DNA from: Pyrinomonadaceae bacterium
GTDB taxonomy: Bacteria > Acidobacteriota > Blastocatellia > Pyrinomonadales > Pyrinomonadaceae
Direction of reading: 5' to 3'
DNA: 64,000 bases
NCBI GenBank assembly: GCA_041745735.1
Contig: JBGTII010000102.1
Coordinates: 1,763 to 65,762, forward strand
The notes under the pieces were generated by a model that did not search any database, was not told the origin of the DNA, and saw only the letters and a list, made by a program, of their open reading frames with translations. A program made the translations under genes and the position numbers. Below are positions 1 to 7,968 of the stretch, piece by piece; position 1 is the first letter of the stretch; each line of letters opens with the position of its first letter.

Positions 1-425
1 TTTGGATTTTTGTTTTGAATTTCGGATTTTGTGGTTAAAAAGATATTACTTTTTGTCTAGAAACACAAGGCAACATCGGGTCTAAATACGCTCATTTACT
101 GGGGTCTTGGGCGATAAAATTACTGATAGCCCAAAACGAGAAAACACAAAATCGCACTTACTCTGTATATAATGCAAATCAAGTTCCGCAACGGCAAATA
201 AGGATGATGGCACCGGGTGAGAAATACCACCTTAACGAAACCTGAATTCTCTGTGAACTCTGAAGGGCGTGGCCTTACCGTTTTCGATATATTTGACCTG
301 TTGATCATGACCTTAATACGAAAATCTTCGCTTTTGTAATCTTTTTTGTTACAAAAGTATCAAGAAGAGCACCGCATCTTCAGTAAACCACTTAGATATA
401 ACGGCTTAACGTTTTCGGTAAAAAC

Positions 426-454
426 TTGACTTTTTTGTAATAATGGACTACATT
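426..454 (+). promoter_or_regulatory. candidate sigma70-type promoter (TTGACT-N17-TACATT) for the 529..933 gene
   Basis: TTGACT at 426-431, a 17-nt spacer, then TACATT at 449-454. It lies about 75 nt upstream of the ATG at 529. This is a sequence match only. Confidence 0.35.
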
Positions 455-528
455 TAGGACGCATTTTACTATTACGGTATAAATTCGTTATGTATATGCA
501 TAGTATTGTTACTAATAAGGGGAATATA

Positions 529-933
529 ATGGCACAACAAGTAGAGCATTCTACAACATCATACAAAACGCCATTGCATCATCGCATCATTGCGAGCATG
601 CCTGTTAAGGCTAGCTGGATCGACGCGGAGACCGGCGAAACGGTAAATGTTGAGGGCCTGACTGAAAATCTGGGTGAAACCAGTACTTTGGTCAATCTGG
701 ATACGTTGCCGCCAGTCGGCTGTGAAGTTCGTCTAAAATTAATGGACGAAAGCAGGTCTATCATCGACGTTACGACGCGGGTGATCAGGGTTCAACGCGA
801 TCCGGGTAAACCGATGGCCGCACTTACCATTTTGGAAAATTTGAAAAAATGGAAAAATACGGCTATGACGGCTGCAGACGCTTGGGTGACGAGGCATTGG
901 CAACTTAATTATGAAGAAGAATGGGTGAATTAA
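529..933 (+). CDS. small hypothetical protein (possibly a degenerate PilZ-like beta-barrel)
   Basis: ORF 490..933. The ATG at 529 has AAGGGGA 5 nt upstream (SD-like), and a hairpin terminator follows at 961-994. The core (VKASWID..GLTENLGETSTLVNL..CEVRLKL) is only vaguely PilZ-like; RxxxR and DxSxxG motifs are not intact. Confidence 0.55.
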   Translation: MAQQVEHSTTSYKTPLHHRIIASMPVKASWIDAETGETVNVEGLTENLGETSTLVNLDTLPPVGCEVRLKLMDESRSIIDVTTRVIRVQRDPGKPMAALTILENLKKWKNTAMTAADAWVTRHWQLNYEEEWVN

Positions 934-960
934 TCACTCTAAATTCGTTATAATACCGAA

Positions 961-994
961 GCGGGGAATTTCATTTTTTGAATTCCCCGCTTTT
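961..994 (+). terminator. rho-independent terminator
   Basis: GCGGGGAATT (961-970) pairs perfectly with AATTCCCCGC (981-990). The loop is 10 nt and a TTTT run follows. Confidence 0.7.
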
Positions 995-1062
995 CACTTT
1001 TATACCGAATCGATCGCGGCTTTACTACAACGAATGTCGAGCCACAGGCATCATTTACTACG

Positions 1063-2133
1063 ATGAAGAAACTGTTTCTTGCCTTAACCATTTTTTGTTT
1101 GTTTCAAGCGACGCCTGCGCAGACCGCACCGCTGACCCAAGCGGAGTACGTAAAGATGCTCTATTCCCTGGAAAAGGCTCCGGGCACAAAAGCGGATATC
1201 GTCGAGGCTCTGAGAAAGCGTGGTATCGATTTTGTTCTGAAGGACGGCATTCGCAGCCTGACGCGATCCAAAGGGGCAAATGACGAAGAGCTAAAACGGG
1301 CCCTAGAAGAGGCAGGCCGCCGCCAACAGAATCCTGAGGGGGCCAAGCTCCCATCCGCCAAAGAAGCGACGGATCTGCTTGAAAATGCTCGGAGAAATAC
1401 GCTCGAAGCCGTAGAACAAATGCCGGATTTTGTTGTAAAGCAGCAAGTTCAGCGGTCTTGGGCTTTTGCTGGAACCGGAAGCTATAAGAATCTAGATCGT
1501 CTCGTCGTGGCTGTCAGCTATCGTACGACCGGTGAAGAGGACTACAGGCTGCTATCGATGAACGGCATTTTGCAGAACGACCCCAAGTCGAAAAGTTCGT
1601 ATGAGGAAGCTGGCGGTACGAGTTCGACCGGTGAGTTTGTGACGATGCTCGCGATCATCTTTAAGCCGGAAAACGAGACGAAATTCACCCTTTCCGACAG
1701 CGATCTTATTCGGCAGCGCAAAGCTCTGGTCTTTGACTTTGAAACGATCAGGGAAAAAGCTCAGGAGCGGATAGCCTACAGCTCAGGCAGCGGCAGTCCC
1801 GCAACCACGGTGAGCGGAATCAAGGGCCGCGTTTGGATAGATCGAAAGGATGGCCGGGTGTTGCGGATCGAAAGCGAAGCGACCGACATGCCGGCGACAT
1901 TTCCGATCACTAGTGCAAAGCGCATTATCGATTATGATTGGGCGATGATAGCCGGAGAGAGAGTTTTGCTGCCATCGCTTTCAGATGTTCGGCTCGTCGC
2001 ACGAGAAAGCGGAAAATTGATCGAAACCCGAAACGTGATCCGATTTAAGGATTATCAGAAATACGGTTCAGAGGTCGTGATCTTGGATGATGACATCAAA
2101 CCCGAAGCGGAACCGAAGAAACCGGATCAATAA
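1063..2133 (+). CDS. secreted hypothetical protein
   Basis: ATG ORF of 356 aa. MKKLFLALTIFCLFQATPAQ is a signal peptide. No family recognised. Confidence 0.7.
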   Translation: MKKLFLALTIFCLFQATPAQTAPLTQAEYVKMLYSLEKAPGTKADIVEALRKRGIDFVLKDGIRSLTRSKGANDEELKRALEEAGRRQQNPEGAKLPSAKEATDLLENARRNTLEAVEQMPDFVVKQQVQRSWAFAGTGSYKNLDRLVVAVSYRTTGEEDYRLLSMNGILQNDPKSKSSYEEAGGTSSTGEFVTMLAIIFKPENETKFTLSDSDLIRQRKALVFDFETIREKAQERIAYSSGSGSPATTVSGIKGRVWIDRKDGRVLRIESEATDMPATFPITSAKRIIDYDWAMIAGERVLLPSLSDVRLVARESGKLIETRNVIRFKDYQKYGSEVVILDDDIKPEAEPKKPDQ

Positions 2134-2165
2134 ATTCCTCAGTAGGCTACAGAACCTTGTATCGA

Positions 2166-2855
2166 ATGCTTTCATTTGACCGGCAAAAAATCTTGAGTGG
2201 ATTTACGCAAGTAGCGATCTGCTTTATTCTTGTTTCTTGTGCGGTTGCCCAAACATCGCCGCCGAAAGAAGCAAATAAATTAGAGGCTCAGTTGATAGAA
2301 CTCAATAAACTCGATAATTCGATCAAGTTGGATATACGTTATGCGAGGGCTGACAATTTTGTCGGCCGGGCAGTATATCCTGAGGCAAGGGCGTTTCTCC
2401 AACGGCCTGCGGCCGAAGCGGTTGTGCGGGTTCAAAAACTTCTTAAGAAAGAGGGGTTGGGTTTAGTGATCTATGACGGCTATCGGCCTTGGGCGATAAC
2501 AAAACTATTTTGGGAAGTCGTGCGCGTAGACCAGCGGCAATTTGTGGCCGACCCCGCAAAAGGGTCACGGCACAATCGAGGCTGCGCGGTCGATCTGAGC
2601 ATCATCGACCTACAGACCGGAAAACCGATCCCGATGCCGTCGGATTATGACGAGTTCAATGAGCGAGCGTCGCCGGACTACAAGGGCGGGACTGATGAGG
2701 AGCGAGCCAACCGCGACAAGCTTCGGCGCTTGATGGAAGCCGAGGGCTTTACCGTCAACTCCAGCGAATGGTGGCATTTTGACTACAACGATTGGCAGCA
2801 ATACGCGATCTACGACATTGCATTTAGGGAGATCGGGAATAAGAAAAAGAAATAG
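2166..2855 (+). CDS. D-alanyl-D-alanine dipeptidase (VanX/DdpX-type, peptidase M15D), exported or membrane-anchored
   Basis: Motifs YDGYRPW, SRHNRGCAVDL (SxHxxGxAxD) and EWWHF. An N-terminal hydrophobic segment is present (VAICFILVSCAVAQ). The ORF track begins at TTG 2157; the first ATG is at 2166. Confidence 0.8.
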   Translation: MLSFDRQKILSGFTQVAICFILVSCAVAQTSPPKEANKLEAQLIELNKLDNSIKLDIRYARADNFVGRAVYPEARAFLQRPAAEAVVRVQKLLKKEGLGLVIYDGYRPWAITKLFWEVVRVDQRQFVADPAKGSRHNRGCAVDLSIIDLQTGKPIPMPSDYDEFNERASPDYKGGTDEERANRDKLRRLMEAEGFTVNSSEWWHFDYNDWQQYAIYDIAFREIGNKKKK

Positions 2856-2864
2856 AAATAGACA

Positions 2865-2932
2865 CCACGGATAAACACTGATGGACACAGATAGTAAATT
2901 AATTATCTGTGTCCATCGGTGCTTATCCGTGG
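2865..2932. terminator. unusually long (29-bp arms) inverted repeat between convergent genes; bidirectional terminator or REP-like element
   Basis: Left arm 2865-2893 is CCACGGATAAACACTGATGGACACAGATA. The reverse complement of the right arm 2904-2932 is CCACGGATAAGCACCGATGGACACAGATA (27/29 match). The loop is 10 nt. Confidence 0.5.
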
Positions 2933-2952
2933 ATGAGCTTTTTAATCTTGCC

Positions 2953-3630
2953 TTATTGCTTTACGGCAGGAGCTGCAGGTTTCGGGCCATTGGCTTCGAT
3001 CTGCAGGACGATCTTTACATCATCCGACAGGGTCGCGATCCCGTTCGGCATATTCGTGCCGTAATTTACACCATAATCGCGTCGGTTGATCGTTGTCTCG
3101 GCAGCGATGCCCATTTTTGCGCCTGCTTTATCGGTAGCGTCGACCCATCCAACAATATCAAACGGGAACGTGATCGTTTTCGTCACACCTTTCATCGTAA
3201 AATCGCCAGTTACCAGCCACGCCTTTCCTTTCTTTGCGACCTTTGTGCTTTTGAAAGTGATGTCCGCAAATTTCTCGACCTCAAAGAAGTCCTTTGACCG
3301 AAGATGATTGTCACGCGCGGCGACGCCTGTATCAACGCTGGTCGCCTTAGCCGAAAATTCGACCGTTGATTTGGTTGTGTCTTTGCTGTCAAAATTCACG
3401 GTTCCCGTAAAGTCGCGAAAAAATCCCGGTACCTCGATGAGACCCATATGGCGGACCTTAAATCCAATAAAGCTGTGGGCCTTATCAAAATTATAAGCTC
3501 CGGAGTCTCCCGATTTTGTGCCGCCGGCAAACCGCTGTTCGAACGATACATTGACCGCCTGTGTGCCGGTCTGCGAAAAAATGATGAAGGCAAAAAGAGC
3601 GATGCCTGCAAGCAATGAAGTTCGTTTCAT
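2953..3630 (-). CDS. YceI family periplasmic protein
   Basis: Signal peptide, then FDKAHSFIGFKVRHMGLIEVPGFFRDFTG, typical of the YceI-like domain. Confidence 0.85.
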   Translation of the reverse strand: MKRTSLLAGIALFAFIIFSQTGTQAVNVSFEQRFAGGTKSGDSGAYNFDKAHSFIGFKVRHMGLIEVPGFFRDFTGTVNFDSKDTTKSTVEFSAKATSVDTGVAARDNHLRSKDFFEVEKFADITFKSTKVAKKGKAWLVTGDFTMKGVTKTITFPFDIVGWVDATDKAGAKMGIAAETTINRRDYGVNYGTNMPNGIATLSDDVKIVLQIEANGPKPAAPAVKQ

Positions 3631-3664
3631 AATGATAAATCTCCTAATACTCTCAAGAATATCA

Positions 3665-4054
3665 TTATTCGATCGCTAGTGTGATCGAAAATCTGGCGGA
3701 ACGCGGTTTGGTATTCGCTCTCCGGACAAACAGCATGTAGTCGCCTGTTTCCGGCACGACAAACTCCATCGTCGGCTCTGCCAGATCGGTGCTGTCGTTG
3801 CTGACATCGTCGTTAAACAGCTTGTAGGCAAACTTAACTGAGTCGGGGTTGGTGATATAAACGGTCTGGCCCTTTTTAGCGCCAAAAACGAATTCCTGCT
3901 CCTGGTCGCCGGAAAGAGTGCCGGTCAGAACCGTGCTGGATTTGCCTTTGGAAAACTTGACCCTGCCGGGCTCAGCGTTGCCGCCTCCCTGCGCAAACGA
4001 CGAAACTGCTAATGCGAAAAATGCGATAACCAAAAGAAACGAAACTCTTTTCAT
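3665..4054 (-). CDS. PliG-like periplasmic protein (inhibitor of g-type lysozyme family), paralogue 1
   Basis: Signal peptide. VKFSKGKSSTVLTGTL..FVFGAKKGQTVYI..GDYMLFVRR..RFSITLAIE aligns by eye with E. coli YcgK/PliG as I recall it (VEFRKGHSSAQYSGEI..YTFYAKKGQKVHV..GKYELRVLQ..KYNVDIQIK). Confidence 0.55.
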   Translation of the reverse strand: MKRVSFLLVIAFFALAVSSFAQGGGNAEPGRVKFSKGKSSTVLTGTLSGDQEQEFVFGAKKGQTVYITNPDSVKFAYKLFNDDVSNDSTDLAEPTMEFVVPETGDYMLFVRRANTKPRSARFSITLAIE

Positions 4055-4130
4055 TGTGATGGATTCTCCTTAATTTTTTGTTCAGATCTCTCAACCGCCA
4101 TACGATGCGGATCTTGTCGTAGAGGTTTGT

Positions 4131-4535
4131 CTATTTGATTGTGATGGTCAACGAATAACGCGAGACCCTCGGCCCCGCAACTTTCTTTCTAACAGTAAGA
4201 AGGTAATCGGCTGTCTCTGGAATTTCAAAAGCGTATGTGGGCGAGCTGTCAAAATCGCCCTCGTTAAAAAACTCCTCGTTAAACACACGAAAATCAAAAA
4301 CGCTCGACGTGGCATTTTTGATAGTCACGGTCTGCCCCTTAAAGCCCGCAAATACAAACCCCATTACCTGACCGTTTCGTAACGCTCCTTTTAGCACAGC
4401 ACTTGAATTATGCGCAGCCAAAATTATTCGCCTAGGCTCGGCTTTAACGCTTTTTTGAGCAACAAGCACCGATGTAGCGGCCAAAAATAGGATAAACAAT
4501 AGCAGGGTTTTTGTCATGATCAGCTGCTTGGGCAT
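4131..4535 (-). CDS. PliG-like periplasmic protein, paralogue 2
   Basis: Same layout as 3665..4054 (SSAVLKGAL..FVFAGFKGQTVTI..ADYLLTVRK..RYSLTITIK). An alternative ATG at 4517 gives MTKTLLLF. Confidence 0.5.
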   Translation of the reverse strand: MPKQLIMTKTLLLFILFLAATSVLVAQKSVKAEPRRIILAAHNSSAVLKGALRNGQVMGFVFAGFKGQTVTIKNATSSVFDFRVFNEEFFNEGDFDSSPTYAFEIPETADYLLTVRKKVAGPRVSRYSLTITIK

Positions 4536-4579
4536 CTTGATGATAATATATGTTCACTACTTAGAGGAATGTTGGCGCC

Positions 4580-5320
4580 GTGATTTTTGTAGTGGAGATC
4601 GTTATAAAAGAACGCCTGAAAATTTTGGTTCTAATTTCACTGCTGGTGATCGGGGCAGTGGGCCAAGCCCCTGCCAATCCATCAGAACTCAATGTTTTGT
4701 TCATCGGTAATAGTTTGACGTATGTCAACGACGTGCCGGAGATGGTAAAAGTGATCGCCAAAAATAACGGCAAGAAATTCAAATACAAAATGGTCGCCTA
4801 CCCCGATTTTTCCATCGAAGACCATTGGAATAAGGGCGATGCTTTAAAGGCCATCAAAGACGGCAAATGGGATTTTGTCGTTCTACAGCAAGGCTCATCT
4901 GCCTTGCCGGCAAGCCGGACGAATCTGATCGAGTTTGTGGATCATTTTGCAAAAGAGATCAAAGCAGTAGGTGCAAAGACCGCCCTGTTTATGGTTTGGC
5001 CTTTCGAAAACCGCAAGTTCGACTTTGAAAGAGTACGCGAATCTTACGAACTCGCGGCCAAAGGAGCCGACGGCGTTTTTATGCCCGCCGGCGAATCTTG
5101 GCGTGCGGCATGGAAACAAAAGCCGGATTTACAGTTGTACTCGGACGGCTTGCACGCAACCGCACTCGGCTCGTATTTGGTGGCAGGGGTAATTTATAAA
5201 GTCTTATATAATGAGACTTGTGTTGAACTGCCGGCAAAATTCAAAGCGGGATCGACCAAGATAGATCTCTCACTGCAAGAAAAAGAGTTGGCCCGGCACG
5301 CGATAATCGAAGCACGTTAG
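4580..5320 (+). CDS. SGNH/GDSL-like hydrolase family protein (tentative)
   Basis: GTG start, N-terminal signal-like segment, then VLFIGNSLTYVNDVP (block I with Ser). No in-frame ATG near the start. Confidence 0.6.
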   Translation: MIFVVEIVIKERLKILVLISLLVIGAVGQAPANPSELNVLFIGNSLTYVNDVPEMVKVIAKNNGKKFKYKMVAYPDFSIEDHWNKGDALKAIKDGKWDFVVLQQGSSALPASRTNLIEFVDHFAKEIKAVGAKTALFMVWPFENRKFDFERVRESYELAAKGADGVFMPAGESWRAAWKQKPDLQLYSDGLHATALGSYLVAGVIYKVLYNETCVELPAKFKAGSTKIDLSLQEKELARHAIIEAR

Positions 5321-5345
5321 ATATTAATGAGTAGAGGTAATAATT

Positions 5346-5858
5346 ATGCCCCGTCCAGAACCAAATGAATTTGCCCCGTATTACAACACCTATATTTCGC
5401 TGATCGAGGACAACGCGATCCTGCCCGTTTTGGATGCCCAGTCAAGCGAGTTACGCTCTATGTTTTCCGAAGTGCCTGAGGAAAAAGGTGGGTTCGCATA
5501 CGCTGACGGCAAATGGACGATGAAAGAATTGCTGAGCCATCTCATCGACGGTGAGCGAATATTTGCGTATCGCATCCTGCGGATATCGCGCGGCGACGTA
5601 ACACCTATCGAAGGGTTTGAGCAGGACGATTACATTGCGACATCAAACGCCAACAACCGCTCGTTTAGCGACCTACTTGACGAATTTCAACACGAGCGAC
5701 AGGCAAATTTACTGCTTGTAAAAAATCTCACAGACGAAGCCTTGATTCGGATGGGTACGGCTAGCAATAACCCCATTTCGGTGCGGGCTCTTGTCTATAT
5801 TATGGCGGGCCACGTCAGGCACCACGTAAACATACTGCAAGAGCGGTACCTCTCATAA
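5346..5858 (+). CDS. DinB/YfiT-like family protein
   Basis: 170 aa with N-terminal EFAPYYNTYI and conserved His positions (LLSHLIDGERIF, AGHVRHH), typical of the DinB_2 four-helix bundle. Confidence 0.8.
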   Translation: MPRPEPNEFAPYYNTYISLIEDNAILPVLDAQSSELRSMFSEVPEEKGGFAYADGKWTMKELLSHLIDGERIFAYRILRISRGDVTPIEGFEQDDYIATSNANNRSFSDLLDEFQHERQANLLLVKNLTDEALIRMGTASNNPISVRALVYIMAGHVRHHVNILQERYLS

Positions 5859-7016
5859 ATGAACTTTGATGCCATCGTTATCGGCGGCGGTGCTGCAGGC
5901 CTGTTTTGCGCGATCACCGCGGGCAAGCGCGGCAAAAAGGTGTTGGTGATCGAGCACAATCAGGAGGTTGGCCGCAAGATCGTCATTTCCGGCGGCGGGC
6001 GGTGCAACTTTACAAACCTTAACGTAACCGCTGAAAATTTTATCTCCCAAAATCCTCATTTCTGCAAATCCGCATTGGCCGGCTTTACGCCACAAGATTT
6101 TGTTGAGCTTGTCCGCAGATACAAGATCGCCTATTACGAGAAAACACTTGGCCAGCTTTTTTGCCGCGAGAGCTCACGACAGATCGTCGACATGCTGCTT
6201 ACAGAATGCAACAAGGCGAAAGTGCAGATAATGACCAGTTGCTCGGTCACCGGTGTGAGTCATGACGGTGACTATAAGCTTGAGACGAGCCATGGGATAT
6301 TTACTGCCGCAAAACTCATCGTTGCGTGCGGCGGTCTATCATTTCCAAAGATCGGTGCGACTGGATTTGGCTATGATATTGCTCGTCAATTTGGACTAAA
6401 GATCGTCGAGACGAGGCCATCGCTTGTTGCTTTGGTGATGAAAGGCAAGGCGTATACTCCGCTTGCCGGTATCTCAATCGAGGTCGTGGCATCGAGCGGA
6501 AAACAGGCTTTCCGCGAAAATATTGTGTTCACGCATCGTGGGATGTCCGGGCCGGCCGTTTTGCAGATTTCAAACTACTGGGTGGAAAACAACCCTGTTT
6601 CATTTCACCTCACACCGGATACGGATGTCGTGAAACGTCTCACCGCAAACCGGGCCAGCAGAAAGAATCTGAGCAATTTACTTGCTGAGATCTTGCCGCT
6701 ACGATTTGCGACGGTTTTTGCGGAGAACGAATTTGAAAATAAGCCGCTGTATCAAATGAATGACCACGAATTTCACCAATTGTCCGAAAGGCTAAATGAT
6801 TGGCAAGTTAAATTTTCGACGACTGAGGGCTACGACCGGGCCGAGGTCACGCTGGGTGGCGTCTCTACAAACGAACTCTCATCTAAGACGATGGAGTCTA
6901 AAAAGATGTGGGGTCTTTACTTTATTGGTGAGGTCGTGGATGTGACGGGTTGGCTGGGCGGATACAACTTTCAGTGGGCGTGGTCGTCGGGATTTGCCGC
7001 CGGTAACGCGATTTAA
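5859..7016 (+). CDS. NAD(P)/FAD-dependent oxidoreductase, HI0933/YhiN (BaiN) family
   Basis: DAIVIGGGAAGL Rossmann motif and ISGGGRCNFTN motif. The start directly abuts the stop of the preceding gene. Confidence 0.85.
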   Translation: MNFDAIVIGGGAAGLFCAITAGKRGKKVLVIEHNQEVGRKIVISGGGRCNFTNLNVTAENFISQNPHFCKSALAGFTPQDFVELVRRYKIAYYEKTLGQLFCRESSRQIVDMLLTECNKAKVQIMTSCSVTGVSHDGDYKLETSHGIFTAAKLIVACGGLSFPKIGATGFGYDIARQFGLKIVETRPSLVALVMKGKAYTPLAGISIEVVASSGKQAFRENIVFTHRGMSGPAVLQISNYWVENNPVSFHLTPDTDVVKRLTANRASRKNLSNLLAEILPLRFATVFAENEFENKPLYQMNDHEFHQLSERLNDWQVKFSTTEGYDRAEVTLGGVSTNELSSKTMESKKMWGLYFIGEVVDVTGWLGGYNFQWAWSSGFAAGNAI

Positions 7017-7165
7017 AAGGGCGGAGGCAACGTCTCCCACACCGTTGCCCCCTATTTTCGCGTCGCATACAGGGTGTACGCGGCCGCGAAAAGCGATCTT
7101 GTTTTGTGAATTAATAATTTAGCTTTGTAAAATTATCACTCGTTCGCTATACTCGACAACTGAAC

Positions 7166-7189
7166 GATTGTGTAGAATTTTACACAATC
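7166..7189. promoter_or_regulatory. perfect 9-bp-arm palindrome (operator candidate) abutting the XRE gene start
   Basis: GATTGTGTA (7166-7174), 6-nt spacer, TACACAATC (7181-7189). It ends 5 nt before the ATG at 7195. Confidence 0.4.
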
Positions 7190-7194
7190 ATTGA

Positions 7195-7632
7195 ATGGTG
7201 TCAAGCGCAAATGCAATAATGGACAAGAATTCTGCATTTACTGCCAGATTTATTGAAGCCTGTGGCACGGCTGAGCCGTCAAGCGTCCAACGCTTGTTGA
7301 ACATTTCCTATCAGGCGGCCAAGAATTATCTCCATGGCCGGCTGCCCCAAACCGAGGTCCTCATCAAGATCGCCGAGCGGACATCATGCTCGATCGACTG
7401 GCTACTGACCGGCCGGGGAAAAAAATTTCTCGATGGGGCAATGGCGCAAGACACACCTGTATCCACTGGCCAATTTGAAGAATTGGTCAGGAGGGTAAAA
7501 GTGGAAGTAATCAACGAAATAAGAGGGAGCCAAAATGCGGGCGGGCCCAAGATCGTTAGATTACAGCCAAGCGAGTTAATGTCGGAAAAGGTCTTAGACG
7601 AAGTCGAGACCTTAACCGGGAGTCAACCTTAA
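7195..7632 (+). CDS. XRE/Cro-CI family helix-turn-helix transcriptional regulator
   Basis: FIEACGTAEPSSVQRLLNISYQAAKNYLHGRLPQTEVLIKIAERTSCSIDWLLTGRG is a classic HTH_3 pattern. An in-frame ATG at 7219 is an alternative start, because the palindrome leaves no room for an SD before 7195. Confidence 0.8.
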   Translation: MVSSANAIMDKNSAFTARFIEACGTAEPSSVQRLLNISYQAAKNYLHGRLPQTEVLIKIAERTSCSIDWLLTGRGKKFLDGAMAQDTPVSTGQFEELVRRVKVEVINEIRGSQNAGGPKIVRLQPSELMSEKVLDEVETLTGSQP

Positions 7633-7656
7633 CGGTAGCTCGGACCTATCGGTCAA

Positions 7657-7890
7657 TTAGAAGCCGATCCAATAGATCTCTTCGGCAACTGCCGTGATGA
7701 TATCGACCGATATCGTGCCATCGCCAGGTGCTGTCGTCGCATAGACATCACCACAATTTACGGTGCAAGGCGGCGGGCAGGTTTCTTGACCGTTCTGGCA
7801 CTGATAACCTCCGCTACCCTGATTACCATCGGCAAAGACGGTCGCGCAGAACATCGATACGATCAAGAACAATTTAATAGTCGTTTTCAT
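7657..7890 (-). CDS. small secreted cysteine-rich protein (77-aa precursor)
   Basis: Signal peptide MKTTIKLFLIVSMFCATVFA. The mature 57 aa carry the C-x6-C-x3-C-x3-C pattern (YQCQNGQETCPPPCTVNCG) and an acidic/aromatic C-terminus (AEEIYWIGF). GGAG plus A8 lies immediately upstream of the ATG. Confidence 0.6.
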   Translation of the reverse strand: MKTTIKLFLIVSMFCATVFADGNQGSGGYQCQNGQETCPPPCTVNCGDVYATTAPGDGTISVDIITAVAEEIYWIGF

Positions 7891-7917
7891 TTTTTTTTCT
7901 CCAATAGTTTTTAGTCT

Positions 7918-7935
7918 TGATGTGCGAGCACATCA
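7918..7935. promoter_or_regulatory. palindrome in the divergent promoter region (operator candidate)
   Basis: TGATGTGC-GA-GCACATCA: 8-bp perfect arms and a 2-nt centre. It lies between the divergent starts at 7890 and 7969. Confidence 0.35.
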
Positions 7936-7968
7936 GGCATATACTAGCAGAGAAATTCGAAGCGGCTT

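Noticed and set aside
120-566. Two minus-strand ORFs (120..308 and 360..566) in the AT-rich leader.
   Set aside because: They have odd composition, no RBS or family resemblance, and one overlaps the start of the 529..933 gene. They are likely chance ORFs in AT-rich DNA.
2881-3297. Plus-strand 138-aa ORF starting inside the long hairpin.
   Set aside because: It translates the palindromic element and then runs antisense to the well-supported YceI gene.
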